Shown here in pieces: positions 48,401 to 57,582 of a stretch of DNA of 64,000 nt. Each line of letters starts with the position of its first letter. Within the stretch, counting starts at the first letter, position 1. The notes beneath the pieces are model-generated. The model ran no database searches, was not told the origin of the DNA, and saw only the letters and a program-made list of their open reading frames with translations. The position numbers were made by a program, and so were the translations under genes. Source of the DNA: Chloroflexota bacterium (GTDB lineage Bacteria; Chloroflexota; UBA11872; VXOZ01); assembly GCA_965221905.1 (NCBI GenBank), contig OZ244922.1, positions 64,001 through 128,000 of the forward strand, read 5' to 3'.

Positions 48401-49846
48401 ATGTCGATCTCAGTGCAGAAAACCGGTCTGCACGTGCTCAATATGAAGACGCGCATGCCATTTCGCTACGGCATTGCGTCCCTGGTCTCTGTTCCCCATC
48501 TCTTTGTGCGCTTGGAGGCGGACATTAACGGCTCACGGGAAGTGGGCATTTCCGCGGAAGGCCTGCCCCCCAAGTGGTTCACCAAGTATGCCGATACCTC
48601 CTTCAGCGACGACCTGTACGAGATGCTAGCGGTAATACGACAGGCCTGCGCCCTGGCGGAGGAGGCTCCACCTGCCAACAGCGCCTTCGCTTTTTGGGTC
48701 TGGCTTCACGATCAACAATTGGCATGGGCGGCTGAGACCAGCTATCCCCCTTTGCTCTGGGGTTTCGGTGTGAGTTTGGTGGAAAGAGCGCTGATCGATG
48801 CCTTCTGCCGGAGCACCGGCACGCCCTTCGCCCGTGCTCTACGTGACAATACGCTTGGCATTCAGTTAGGTGCGATTCACAGTGAGCTTGATGGGTTCAG
48901 TCCGGCAGAGTTGCTGCCTGTGGAGCCACAGCGCAGTGTCATCGTGCGCCACACGGTCGGACTGACCGATCCCTTGAGTGACGAGGAGATACCGGCAGAG
49001 GAGCGTCTCGACGATGGGTTGCCGCAGTCGCTCGCGGCCAGCATTCGCTTCTATGGGCTGACCCACTTCAAAATCCTGCTCAGTGGCGATGCTGCTGCGG
49101 ATCTCAGACGGCTCCGGCAAGTTGCCGACTTGTTGGAAGAGCACGTAGCCGGCGACTACGCCTTTACACTGGATGGCAGCGAGCACTACACAGAGTTGGA
49201 GCCCTTTCGGCGAGACTGGAATGCAATTCTCGCGGAGCCATCACTTCATGAATTCTTGGGGCATCTGCTCTTTGTAGAGCAGCCGCTGCGGCGTGACGTG
49301 GCTTTGAGCCCGCAGGCCAAGTCTGAGTTGCTCGCCTGGTCTGACCGTCCGCCTCTGATCATCGATGAGTCCGATGGCGCCCTGTCCAGCGTGGTGGAGG
49401 CGTTGGACTGTGGCTACGTGGGAGCCAGCTTCAAGAATTGTAAGGGCGTATTTGGCGGCATTGCGAACGCTTGTCTGCTGGCACAGCGCCGCCGCAGAGA
49501 TCCGGGCGGATACTATGTGCAGAGCAGTGAAGACCTGGCCAGTGTCGGGCCGGTGGCAATGTTGCAAGACCTGGCGGTGCTGGCAAGTCTCGGGATCGGG
49601 CATTCCCAGCGCAACGGCCACCACTACTTCGCCGGTTTGAGCATGTTCCCAGCAGACGTGCAAGAGGACGTGCTTGCCAAGCACGCTACGCTCTACCGGC
49701 GCCATGCCCGGGGCTATCCGGTCTTGGACGTCCGTCAGGGCCGGCTGGATACCAGCAGTGTCGTGGCCGCCCCTCTTGGCTATGGTGTCGAACTGGATAC
49801 GCGGCGTTTTACGCCGCTGGAGCAGTGGTCAGTCGATTCGCTATGA
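48401..49846 (+). CDS. enolase-superfamily (mandelate racemase-like) protein of unknown specificity
   Basis: RMPFRYG, THFK, TLDG.E, FVEQP, IIDESDG, S.K.CKG, S.EDL, NGHHYF. Confidence 0.7.
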   Translation: MSISVQKTGLHVLNMKTRMPFRYGIASLVSVPHLFVRLEADINGSREVGISAEGLPPKWFTKYADTSFSDDLYEMLAVIRQACALAEEAPPANSAFAFWVWLHDQQLAWAAETSYPPLLWGFGVSLVERALIDAFCRSTGTPFARALRDNTLGIQLGAIHSELDGFSPAELLPVEPQRSVIVRHTVGLTDPLSDEEIPAEERLDDGLPQSLAASIRFYGLTHFKILLSGDAAADLRRLRQVADLLEEHVAGDYAFTLDGSEHYTELEPFRRDWNAILAEPSLHEFLGHLLFVEQPLRRDVALSPQAKSELLAWSDRPPLIIDESDGALSSVVEALDCGYVGASFKNCKGVFGGIANACLLAQRRRRDPGGYYVQSSEDLASVGPVAMLQDLAVLASLGIGHSQRNGHHYFAGLSMFPADVQEDVLAKHATLYRRHARGYPVLDVRQGRLDTSSVVAAPLGYGVELDTRRFTPLEQWSVDSL

Positions 49847-49922
49847 ATGATTGAAAGATATCCATGTCCCACTTATAATTCGACTGTACGAGGGTTGGTA
49901 TGCATGTCTTAGGAGGATTAGC

Positions 49923-51311
49923 ATGCGAAAGCTAGTATCTCGACGAACGTTCCTTGGTGGCAGCGCCGTTGCCGGCGCGGGCATATTGCTGGCAGCCTGC
50001 GGCACTGCTGCGCCCGCTGCTATGGAAGAGGCGCCCGCGGCTCCGGAGAAGAAGGAGGCAGCAGCGCCCAAGATGGAGGAGGCAACGGAGATCAAGTATC
50101 TCCACTTCTCAACGCAGAGCGATGTGTGGGACAACGCCTACGACGGTATGTTCGCAGCGTTCGAGGAGATGCACCCCGGCCTCAAGCTCAAGGTTGATAT
50201 TGCGGCCGGCAGTTTTCCTACTTCGCTGACCGAGAAGGCGGTAGCGGCGTTTGCCAGCGGTGTTCCCTATGATGTCTACTACGGCTGGTTTGGTTATCTC
50301 AGTCAGTTTTACACTGCGGAGATGCTGGTGCCGCTCGACCCGTTCCTGGCCGCGGACCCGGACGTCAACCTGGATGACTTCCATGAATATGCCCTCGAGC
50401 GTATCGGCGGGCAGGCCTACGGCATTGCCTGGTTCACGAATGGCAAGGAATACTGGTACAATGCCGATCTCATTGCGGAAGCGGGCCTGAAGTCTCCGCG
50501 CGAGCTGGAGGCGGAAGGCAATTGGACTTGGGATGCGGTGCTGGAGATGGCGACGAAGCTGACGAAGACCGAGGGGAATCGAATCACCCGCTTTGGCACG
50601 CAGCCATATCGCTTCAATCGTACCGGCTGGTTCTGGATTCATCTCTTTGCCTGGGGTGGGGCGTGGTGGAACGATGACTTCTCGGCGCCCACGATCGATA
50701 CGCAGCAGGCGGCCGAAGCCGCTCAAGATGCGCTGGATATGGTGATAAAGCATCGGGTGGCGTATGGCCTGACCCTGGGGAAAGAGCCGAATGTGGAGCC
50801 GGACTTCACGCAACAGACGGTTGCGGGTGTCATTACCGGCTCTTACTTTACCCGCACCATCAAAGCAAGGATCGAGACCCAGGAGGAGCCCTTCAAGGTA
50901 GAGCACACGCTGCTGCCGAAGGGCCCGGCAGGCCGCATGGCGGCGCAGTCCATCAACGCCAAGTGGATCAGCTCGTCAGCCACCGAGCCGGATGCCGGCT
51001 GGGAGTTCTATAAATTCGCCATCGGGGAGGATGCCATACCGTTCATCGCACAGCTCGGTGGCAGCCGCTATGCGGCCAACAAGTCCATTCCGCCGTTCAC
51101 CCAATACGAGTATGAAGACCCCGAGGTCTATGCGCAGACGGCGGCGATGAGCGTGGCCCACCGGCAAATGGTCCGCCAGTCTGAGCTGGACAAGCAGTGG
51201 GCGGAAGGCTGGATCAGTCTGGAAGAAGGTAAGACCACCATTCAAGAACTGCTGGAAGAAACGCAGAAAGTGGCGGAGGTCCACCTGGAGGAAGGTGGCT
51301 GCGTCTGCTAA
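49923..51311 (+). CDS. sugar-type ABC transporter extracellular solute-binding lipoprotein
   Basis: AGGAGG RBS; Tat motif SRRTFL, lipobox LAAC; WYN.DL..EAGL..P, WTWD. Confidence 0.88.
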   Translation: MRKLVSRRTFLGGSAVAGAGILLAACGTAAPAAMEEAPAAPEKKEAAAPKMEEATEIKYLHFSTQSDVWDNAYDGMFAAFEEMHPGLKLKVDIAAGSFPTSLTEKAVAAFASGVPYDVYYGWFGYLSQFYTAEMLVPLDPFLAADPDVNLDDFHEYALERIGGQAYGIAWFTNGKEYWYNADLIAEAGLKSPRELEAEGNWTWDAVLEMATKLTKTEGNRITRFGTQPYRFNRTGWFWIHLFAWGGAWWNDDFSAPTIDTQQAAEAAQDALDMVIKHRVAYGLTLGKEPNVEPDFTQQTVAGVITGSYFTRTIKARIETQEEPFKVEHTLLPKGPAGRMAAQSINAKWISSSATEPDAGWEFYKFAIGEDAIPFIAQLGGSRYAANKSIPPFTQYEYEDPEVYAQTAAMSVAHRQMVRQSELDKQWAEGWISLEEGKTTIQELLEETQKVAEVHLEEGGCVC

Positions 51312-51332
51312 ATACCTCTAGACCGTAATCGT

Positions 51333-51366
51333 TGGGGCCGGACATGCCAGTCCGGCCCCACTTTTA
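51333..51366 (+). terminator. Rho-independent terminator
   Basis: tggggccggac-atgcca-gtccggcccca followed by ctttta, just after the SBP stop. Confidence 0.7.
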
Positions 51367-51537
51367 TATGTAATCTCCCCTGACCTGCGGACTCTACCGC
51401 CTCTGACGAGGAGCTTGCCGACCGCTTGGCCGGGGTCTCAGCATGACCACTGCTCTGCGCCCATTCACACCGGCGAGTCGAACGCCGGTATAATGACGTT
51501 TTAGTGGTGAATCCGAGCACAGATTGAGGAGTGATGG

Positions 51538-52851
51538 ATGGCGAACACATTAATGGCCGGCGCGGCAAAGGTGGCGATCACGCCGCCGCTGGGGAGCGCC
51601 TTTCAATCGAGCCGAGCGGATCTGCGTGTTGAGAGCGTCCTGCACGATCTCTACGCTACCGCCGTGGTACTCAGCGACGGCGAGCGGAAGGTGGCGATTG
51701 TTGGGCTTGACGTGCTCGGCTTGGATGCGCCGTTGGTCAATGCCGTGCGCGAGCGCGTGCAGCAGCAGACGTCCATTCCCGGGGCCAACGTGCTGATCAA
51801 TGCCGCGCACAACCACTTCGGCCCGGCCATTCTGCAGGCCCTTCCCGATGAAATCGACGAGGCGTACTGGCAGGGGTTGGTGCAGTCGCTTGCCGATGCC
51901 GTGACCCGCGCCGCTACGAGCCTGGAGCCGGTCGCGCTCCGCGTGGGCGCTGCCGAAGGGAACTTTGCCATTAACCGGCGAAGGCTGGAAAACGGCGAAG
52001 CCCAACTAGCGCCGAACTATGGCGGCATCGTAGACCAGCGCATCCGCGCATTGCGTTTCGAGCGGCTGGATGGTTCAATGGTCGCCGTGCTCTTCTCAGC
52101 AGCATTCCACCCGACCGGCTTTGCCTACCGGGCGCCGGTGGTAAACGGCGACTACGTGGCCGCTGCCCGGCAGGAAGTGGAGCGGCAGTTTGCGGACCAG
52201 GGAGCGCCCGTCGTCGGCTTCCTGCAGGGGTGTGCGGGCAATATGCGCGTGCGCGTCATCGCGCCGGGTGGCACCCGCTTTCATCCCTGCACGGTGGAAG
52301 AGATCGACACCCACGGGCGCGGCGTTGGCGCGCTCGCCGCCCGTGCCGCCCGGGAAGCAACCATGGTGGTTGGGTATCCCATTGGCGCGGCGGACGAGAT
52401 GGTGTCGCTGCCGTTGCAGGAGCCGCCCGATGAGGCAGAGCTTGAAAGCATGCGGCAAGGGGCCGCCGGCGACCACTTTTCGCGCCTCTGGACAGACTCA
52501 ATGCTTGCGCCCCTCCGGCGCGGCGAAGCACTGCCGACGAGCGTCGACTTTCCTGTGCAGGTATTCCGCATCGGCGGCCTGTGGATGGTGGGTATGGGCG
52601 CTGAGGTGTTTTTGGAAATCGGTCAACAGATCGAGGCGGCGCTCATGGCCGATCACGTGGGACAGGCAGCTTGGACGCTCGGCTACACGAACGCTACCCT
52701 CGGCTACGTCTGCACCGAGCAGTCATATGAAGATGGCGGCTACGAACCCACGCGTTCCCACAGGTTCTACCACCTGCCGGCGGCCTACCAGCCCCAGACC
52801 GAACACCTGCTCGTGGCCGAAGCCCTCCGCATTGCGCGCACGCTCGCATAG
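51538..52851 (+). CDS. neutral/alkaline ceramidase-like N-terminal domain protein
   Basis: AG.AKV.ITPP, HDLYA.A.VL, NA.HNH.GP, FHPT, FLQG.AGN, GY.N..GY, GGYE. Confidence 0.8.
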   Translation: MANTLMAGAAKVAITPPLGSAFQSSRADLRVESVLHDLYATAVVLSDGERKVAIVGLDVLGLDAPLVNAVRERVQQQTSIPGANVLINAAHNHFGPAILQALPDEIDEAYWQGLVQSLADAVTRAATSLEPVALRVGAAEGNFAINRRRLENGEAQLAPNYGGIVDQRIRALRFERLDGSMVAVLFSAAFHPTGFAYRAPVVNGDYVAAARQEVERQFADQGAPVVGFLQGCAGNMRVRVIAPGGTRFHPCTVEEIDTHGRGVGALAARAAREATMVVGYPIGAADEMVSLPLQEPPDEAELESMRQGAAGDHFSRLWTDSMLAPLRRGEALPTSVDFPVQVFRIGGLWMVGMGAEVFLEIGQQIEAALMADHVGQAAWTLGYTNATLGYVCTEQSYEDGGYEPTRSHRFYHLPAAYQPQTEHLLVAEALRIARTLA

Positions 52852-52896
52852 TACAGACCAAGAGACGTATACTCCACTGAGCAAACTCAATTAAAA

Positions 52897-53313
52897 CCCT
52901 CTCCTGGGGGAGAGGGTTTGGGTGAGGGCGAACAAAATGGCACCACAAGGCGCTGCAAGGGCCCGACATCTCCGGCAGAGTTCAACAGAAGCCGAGAAGA
53001 CCCTTTGGCGTCACTTGCGCAGCCGTCAGTTGGCGGGTTGCAAATTCCGCAGACAAGCACCTCTTGGCAGGTACATCGTTGACTTCTTGTGCTATGAGCG
53101 AAACCTGGTGATCGAAGTCGATGGTGGTCAGCACCAGCTACGTTCAGAAGAAGATTCAATACGCACGAACTGGCTGGAGGCCTGCGGCTTTCGCGTGGCT
53201 CGCTTCTGGAACAATCAGGTGTTAGAAGAGACTGAAGCAGTCTTGGATGCCATCCTACGGCAGTTGCAGGGCGAAGAGTCGCCCTCACCCTAGCCCTCTC
53301 CCCCAGGAGAGGG
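52897..53313 (+). mobile_element. 417-bp unit: DUF559 endonuclease gene between two inverted family E repeats
   Basis: Left 52897-52931 ccctctcctgggggagagggtttgggtgagggcga; right 53279-53313 reverse-complements to ccctctcctgggggagagggctagggtgagggcga (33/35). Confidence 0.7.
52937..53293 (+). CDS. DUF559 / Vsr-like endonuclease domain protein
   Basis: AR.LR..STEAE..LW..LR, KFRRQ.P.G.YIVDF.C, LVIEVDGGQH, D..R...L...GF.V.RFWN; alternative GTG 52922 lies inside the left repeat. Confidence 0.92.
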   Translation: MAPQGAARARHLRQSSTEAEKTLWRHLRSRQLAGCKFRRQAPLGRYIVDFLCYERNLVIEVDGGQHQLRSEEDSIRTNWLEACGFRVARFWNNQVLEETEAVLDAILRQLQGEESPSP

Positions 53314-53345
53314 AACTAGAGGGGCTCCGCGAGACGGATAGTGCC

Positions 53346-53442
53346 AGCGCAAGCGGGAATCCATCTACGAGAGTAGTCAAAGGGTATGGTAAAAGTGGCA
53401 AACATTGCCGCGCTCCTGGACTCCGGCGGAGGCCGGAGCGAC
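53346..53442. repeat. Degenerate inverted pair of family D repeats
   Basis: agcgcaagcgggaatcca ... tggactccggcggaggccggagcgac; a further D copy at 53894-53920. Confidence 0.65.
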
Positions 53443-53551
53443 TGACCCGGAACCAGGAAGCATTATAGCAGTTGCTAGGGCGCGGCGCACATTTGAAGGG
53501 CAAGCGAGGCGGCGTTACACTCTCGGGCAGCCCTAGAGGATTTGTGCCCCC

Positions 53552-53851
53552 TTAGCCTGCCTCTTGGAGCGGCATGGGGGAGGCGCCGCTGAAGTGGACG
53601 CCAATGTCGCTGGCCATGGTCTCGTGGTACTGCCATTCGGGGACCAGACAGCGGTAAGGCCGCCGGAGCAGCACACGCGGCTCGCCCTGCCACTGCGTGA
53701 CCGTCATGGAGCGTTGCAGGTTAACCTTCTGGTACTCCTCGGCATCTTCCAAAGACTTGTGCAGCGAATAGCCGTCTGGATAGTTCCGTCCCTCGGTGGC
53801 GCGCTTGCCCCACTCCACGCACCACAACGCCTGTTCATCCCGCATCGGCAT
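53552..53851 (-). CDS. hypothetical protein
   Basis: AGGAGA upstream of ATG 53851; the ORF-track ATG 53899 is supplied by a family D repeat; motif W.VEW...PDGYSLH. Confidence 0.55.
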   Translation of the reverse strand: MPMRDEQALWCVEWGKRATEGRNYPDGYSLHKSLEDAEEYQKVNLQRSMTVTQWQGEPRVLLRRPYRCLVPEWQYHETMASDIGVHFSGASPMPLQEAG

Positions 53852-54065
53852 GTGGAAGTAGTCTCCTAACTGCGAATAATCAGCCGGGTAGTCCGTCATT
53901 CCCGCTTGCGCGGGAATCCATCTTCATACGAGCACTGTCTCACGCATCACGCAGAGATTATACCGTCAAGAGGGAGCGTTTTCAACGTTGACAGGAGATG
54001 GATCGCTTCTCCTCTGAAACAAGCGCGCGGCGAACGCTTGCTGAATGCGCCCTTCATACTCCAGC

Positions 54066-55760
54066 CTATTTCCAAAACACAGCTGGTGACACCCTATCTC
54101 CAAGCCATGGTAAGACCGAATCTCTAAACCAATCTAGTACGTGCTCTGGCACCCCGGTTACGTCCACAGCAGTACCGTCACCCGTAACCGTTACCCACTC
54201 CCAAGCGCCCTTCGTTGTCTCCGTTGTTACCTGCACGGCAATTTGGGTAGCACTGCCTGCGCCCTGCCAGGCTCCCGCAGAGAAATCACCTATACCTTCT
54301 AAGGTGCCGTCAGGTAAGCCCTCTACTCCTTGCCAGGTTTGCACTGCGATACCTCGCGTACCTAGTATTGCGCTCCTGGGGGCACCTCCTAGTCCTTGCC
54401 AAGCACCGTCCGAGTAATTCCCAATTCCATGCAAGGCATCCTCAGAGAAACCCCCAATGCCCTGCCAGGCCCTTTCGGAGGCATCGCCTGCGCTCTTCAA
54501 GGCTTTTTCAGAAGCATATTCAACAGCTTTCTGAAAGCTCTCAAATGAACTGGCAGCTTGTGCCCAGGCCTGCTTTGGTATTTCCTTTGAGTTGTTCCAG
54601 GCTGTCATTACCGGTTCAAAACCGATGCGTTCTACCCACTCACTACTAAGACTGTAGAATTCACGTCCGTAAAGCAAGAATGTCATCACCACCATTACCG
54701 GAGCTAAGGAAGTCAACAGTGATCCCAAAGCCGGCACTACCATAACCAAACCAAGCACGATGCCAAGGACACCCACAGCAAACAATGAATCTTTGCCAAC
54801 TCTCGCAGCCACACTCGAAAAGAGTTCAGATAGACTTATCTCGCCATCGTTATAACGTAGTCCTTCCTCCAAAGCTACAACTGCCACTTCGACCACCGCA
54901 ATGGCTGCAGCCCCAGGCAGGATAGGCCGAGCCGCCAGTCTTAATGCCTGATTGAATGCCGGCGAGCTCAACTCTCTACGAATCGAAGTGATCTGATTAG
55001 CCGCCAACTTCCTTTCGCCGCGGCTTAAATTTTGAAGTCGAATCTGCTCAGCTTCTTCAATTAACGCCCGCTGCGCTTGCTCAAACTCAATTTCCGTCAT
55101 GGGCCTGTCGCCACGTAAGAGGTTCTTTATTCTATCTTCGAAGATGCCATTGCTGGCGAGGTCGCTCCCTCCATGGCTTTTTGGGACTATGTGACTCCAA
55201 TGTTTATCGGAGCGAAACTTGCTCAATGCTTCCTCTTCGCCTAACACAATTCCCAAAGGAATGGTCTTGTACACCTTATACGCTTCCTGGAGGGTCCGAT
55301 ATGGGACACCACCCGCGGTATGGTAATACTGCCGGTGACTTGGAGGCAGTTTCTCCCAGACTTGCCTGTATATCCACTCTTCCACAATCTCATTCGGTCC
55401 AGCATGGAGTATCGGTTCAGGAAGCCGCCCCCATATGCTCTGGGTTCCGACCGTAGGGTTCCTACCGAAATCTGCAAAGAGGGAAGGAAGGTTGGGAATG
55501 CGGGACAAGCTTGCGGCAAAGGTGCTAGCGATCCAGAGGGACAAAGTACCAGTGCGAGCATATTGCTCTACGTCGGAGTCCTCGGTTCTTTCGATCAAGT
55601 CAGCAATCGTATATGAATCGGGACTTTCACCAGCGGGGTCGGTGATTTCAGCGTGAGCAGGCCGTTTAAGGGCAAAGTGTAGACCGCAAGCTGCGAGGCT
55701 TGCGCCTGAGAACTGCAAGAAGGCTCTCCGGTCAAGAACTATTCGCTGTCTCTTTCCCAC
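54066..55760 (-). CDS. Tat-signal protein with HNH-like motif, hydrophobic segments and C-terminal 11-aa repeats
   Basis: DRRAFL..., AHA cleavage site; HWSHIVPKSHGGSDLASN...N; AWQG repeats; visibly lower GC. Confidence 0.75.
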   Translation of the reverse strand: MGKRQRIVLDRRAFLQFSGASLAACGLHFALKRPAHAEITDPAGESPDSYTIADLIERTEDSDVEQYARTGTLSLWIASTFAASLSRIPNLPSLFADFGRNPTVGTQSIWGRLPEPILHAGPNEIVEEWIYRQVWEKLPPSHRQYYHTAGGVPYRTLQEAYKVYKTIPLGIVLGEEEALSKFRSDKHWSHIVPKSHGGSDLASNGIFEDRIKNLLRGDRPMTEIEFEQAQRALIEEAEQIRLQNLSRGERKLAANQITSIRRELSSPAFNQALRLAARPILPGAAAIAVVEVAVVALEEGLRYNDGEISLSELFSSVAARVGKDSLFAVGVLGIVLGLVMVVPALGSLLTSLAPVMVVMTFLLYGREFYSLSSEWVERIGFEPVMTAWNNSKEIPKQAWAQAASSFESFQKAVEYASEKALKSAGDASERAWQGIGGFSEDALHGIGNYSDGAWQGLGGAPRSAILGTRGIAVQTWQGVEGLPDGTLEGIGDFSAGAWQGAGSATQIAVQVTTETTKGAWEWVTVTGDGTAVDVTGVPEHVLDWFRDSVLPWLGDRVSPAVFWK

Positions 55761-55879
55761 TCGTTACTCCCCAGCCTCTTTTTCCAATCCCTTTGACATT
55801 CTACCGAGAACTCTAGATTCCTCGCTGCGCTCGGAATGACAATAATTGAAGGAACGAAGCCATAAGTAGATGCGAGGCC

Positions 55880-57376
55880 TCAGAACCACCTAGTTATCAC
55901 CACTTTCCGTTCGGTGAAGAAGTCTATGGCGTCGCGGCCTTGGCCGTGGAGGGTGCCGAAGAAGGACTCTTTAGCGCCGCTGAAGGGGAAGTAGGCCATG
56001 GGCGCGGCCACGCCTACGTTGATGCCGATATTGCCGGTGGGCGCGCGGTAGCGAAATTCGCGGGCCGCCGCGCCGTCTTGGGTAAAGATCGATGCGGCGT
56101 TGCCGTAGCGTTGGTTCTCGATCAGGGTGATGGCATCATCGAGCGTATCCACGTGGAGCATGCTGAGCACCGGGCCGAATATTTCGTCGGTGAAGAGCGC
56201 CATATCGGGCTGCACCCGGTCGAAGATGGTCGCGCCGACGAACGCGCCGTTTTCATTCTGCTCCGCCGCTGCCCCGCGGCCGTCCAGGAGCAGCGCCGCG
56301 CCTTCGTCCACGCCGCGCTCGATGCAGCCGAGAATGCGCTCCTTGGCGGTGTGGGAGATCACCGGGCCGAGCTCGACGCCGTCATCCGCGCCGTTGCCTA
56401 CAGTAAGCGATCCGGCAGCTTCCACAATGGCGTCGCGCACGCGGTCGTGTCCCTCGCCCACCGTCACCACCACCGAACCGGCCAGGCAGCGTTGTCCGGC
56501 GGAGCCAAATGCCGAGTTGATCACGTTGCTCACCGTCTCATTCAGCGCGGCGTCGGGCATGACCACGAGCACATTCTTCGCGCCGCCCTGGGCCTGCACG
56601 CGCTTGCCCTGCTCGCCCGCGCGGGCGTAAAGATACCGGGCCGTTGGCGTGGAGCCGACGAACGAGATGCCGCGCACCTGCGGATTATCGAGCAGGGCGT
56701 CCACGGCCTCCTTGGAACCGTTCACCACGTTAATGACGCCGGGCGGAAAGCCGCAGGCGTCCAGCTCCTCGAAAATGAGCTGCATGCTGGTCGGCACCTG
56801 CTCCGAGGGCTTGATGATGTAGGTATTGCCGCAGGCGACGGCGTAGGGCCAGAACCAGAACGGCACCATGAGCGGGAAGTTGAACGGACACACCGCCGCG
56901 AAGACTCCCAGCGGCTGGCGCACCACGTCTTCATCGATGCCTTTGGCGGCGCCGTCCTCCAGGCCGTAACCCATGAGCAGCGACGGAATACCGCACGCTA
57001 CTTCGACGTTTTCGATAGCGCGGCGCACGGAGCCGCGCGCGTCCTCCAGGGTCTTGCCGTGTTCCTGCGTGACGGCGTTGGCAAGGTCTTCGAAACGCTC
57101 TTCCATGCGCGCTTTGACCGCGAATAGCAGACGCGCACGCTCCAAAGGCGGCGTGGCGCGCCAGGCGGGAAAGGCCGCGTGCGCCGCTGCCACCGCCGCG
57201 TCGGTATCTTCTTTGGACGAGATGGGAACCTGAGCAATCACGTCACCGTTTGCCGGGTTCGTCACGTCCAGATACGTCTCTGTTTGCGGCGTCACCCAAC
57301 CGCCGTCCACGTAGTTGCGGAGCTTTGGAGGGGCGATCTCCGTGCCGGTGTCGGATTGCTTGATTTGGGTTTGCAT
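55880..57376 (-). CDS. mmsA: CoA-acylating methylmalonate-semialdehyde dehydrogenase
   Basis: CPFNFP.MVP.W, KPSE, ISFVGST, RVQAQGGAKN, GSAGQRCLA, EIFGPV, GINVGV.AP. Confidence 0.93.
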   Translation of the reverse strand: MQTQIKQSDTGTEIAPPKLRNYVDGGWVTPQTETYLDVTNPANGDVIAQVPISSKEDTDAAVAAAHAAFPAWRATPPLERARLLFAVKARMEERFEDLANAVTQEHGKTLEDARGSVRRAIENVEVACGIPSLLMGYGLEDGAAKGIDEDVVRQPLGVFAAVCPFNFPLMVPFWFWPYAVACGNTYIIKPSEQVPTSMQLIFEELDACGFPPGVINVVNGSKEAVDALLDNPQVRGISFVGSTPTARYLYARAGEQGKRVQAQGGAKNVLVVMPDAALNETVSNVINSAFGSAGQRCLAGSVVVTVGEGHDRVRDAIVEAAGSLTVGNGADDGVELGPVISHTAKERILGCIERGVDEGAALLLDGRGAAAEQNENGAFVGATIFDRVQPDMALFTDEIFGPVLSMLHVDTLDDAITLIENQRYGNAASIFTQDGAAAREFRYRAPTGNIGINVGVAAPMAYFPFSGAKESFFGTLHGQGRDAIDFFTERKVVITRWF

Positions 57377-57582
57377 GGGTCGATCCTTAAAGTACTCTAC
57401 GCTTTCACAAGTGTTGCTCATTCTGACTAAAGACTAGATGGTGGTCATTATAGTGTATGCGAGACACTTCGTACGGGGGCAAACCCAAGACTTTAGTGCA
57501 ACGGCCTATGCGCACTGGCTCATTCGCTGGGTTACTCAAGGAGGTAGTGATGCGACGCTCTTTTGGTGTCCAAGAGAAGAAG

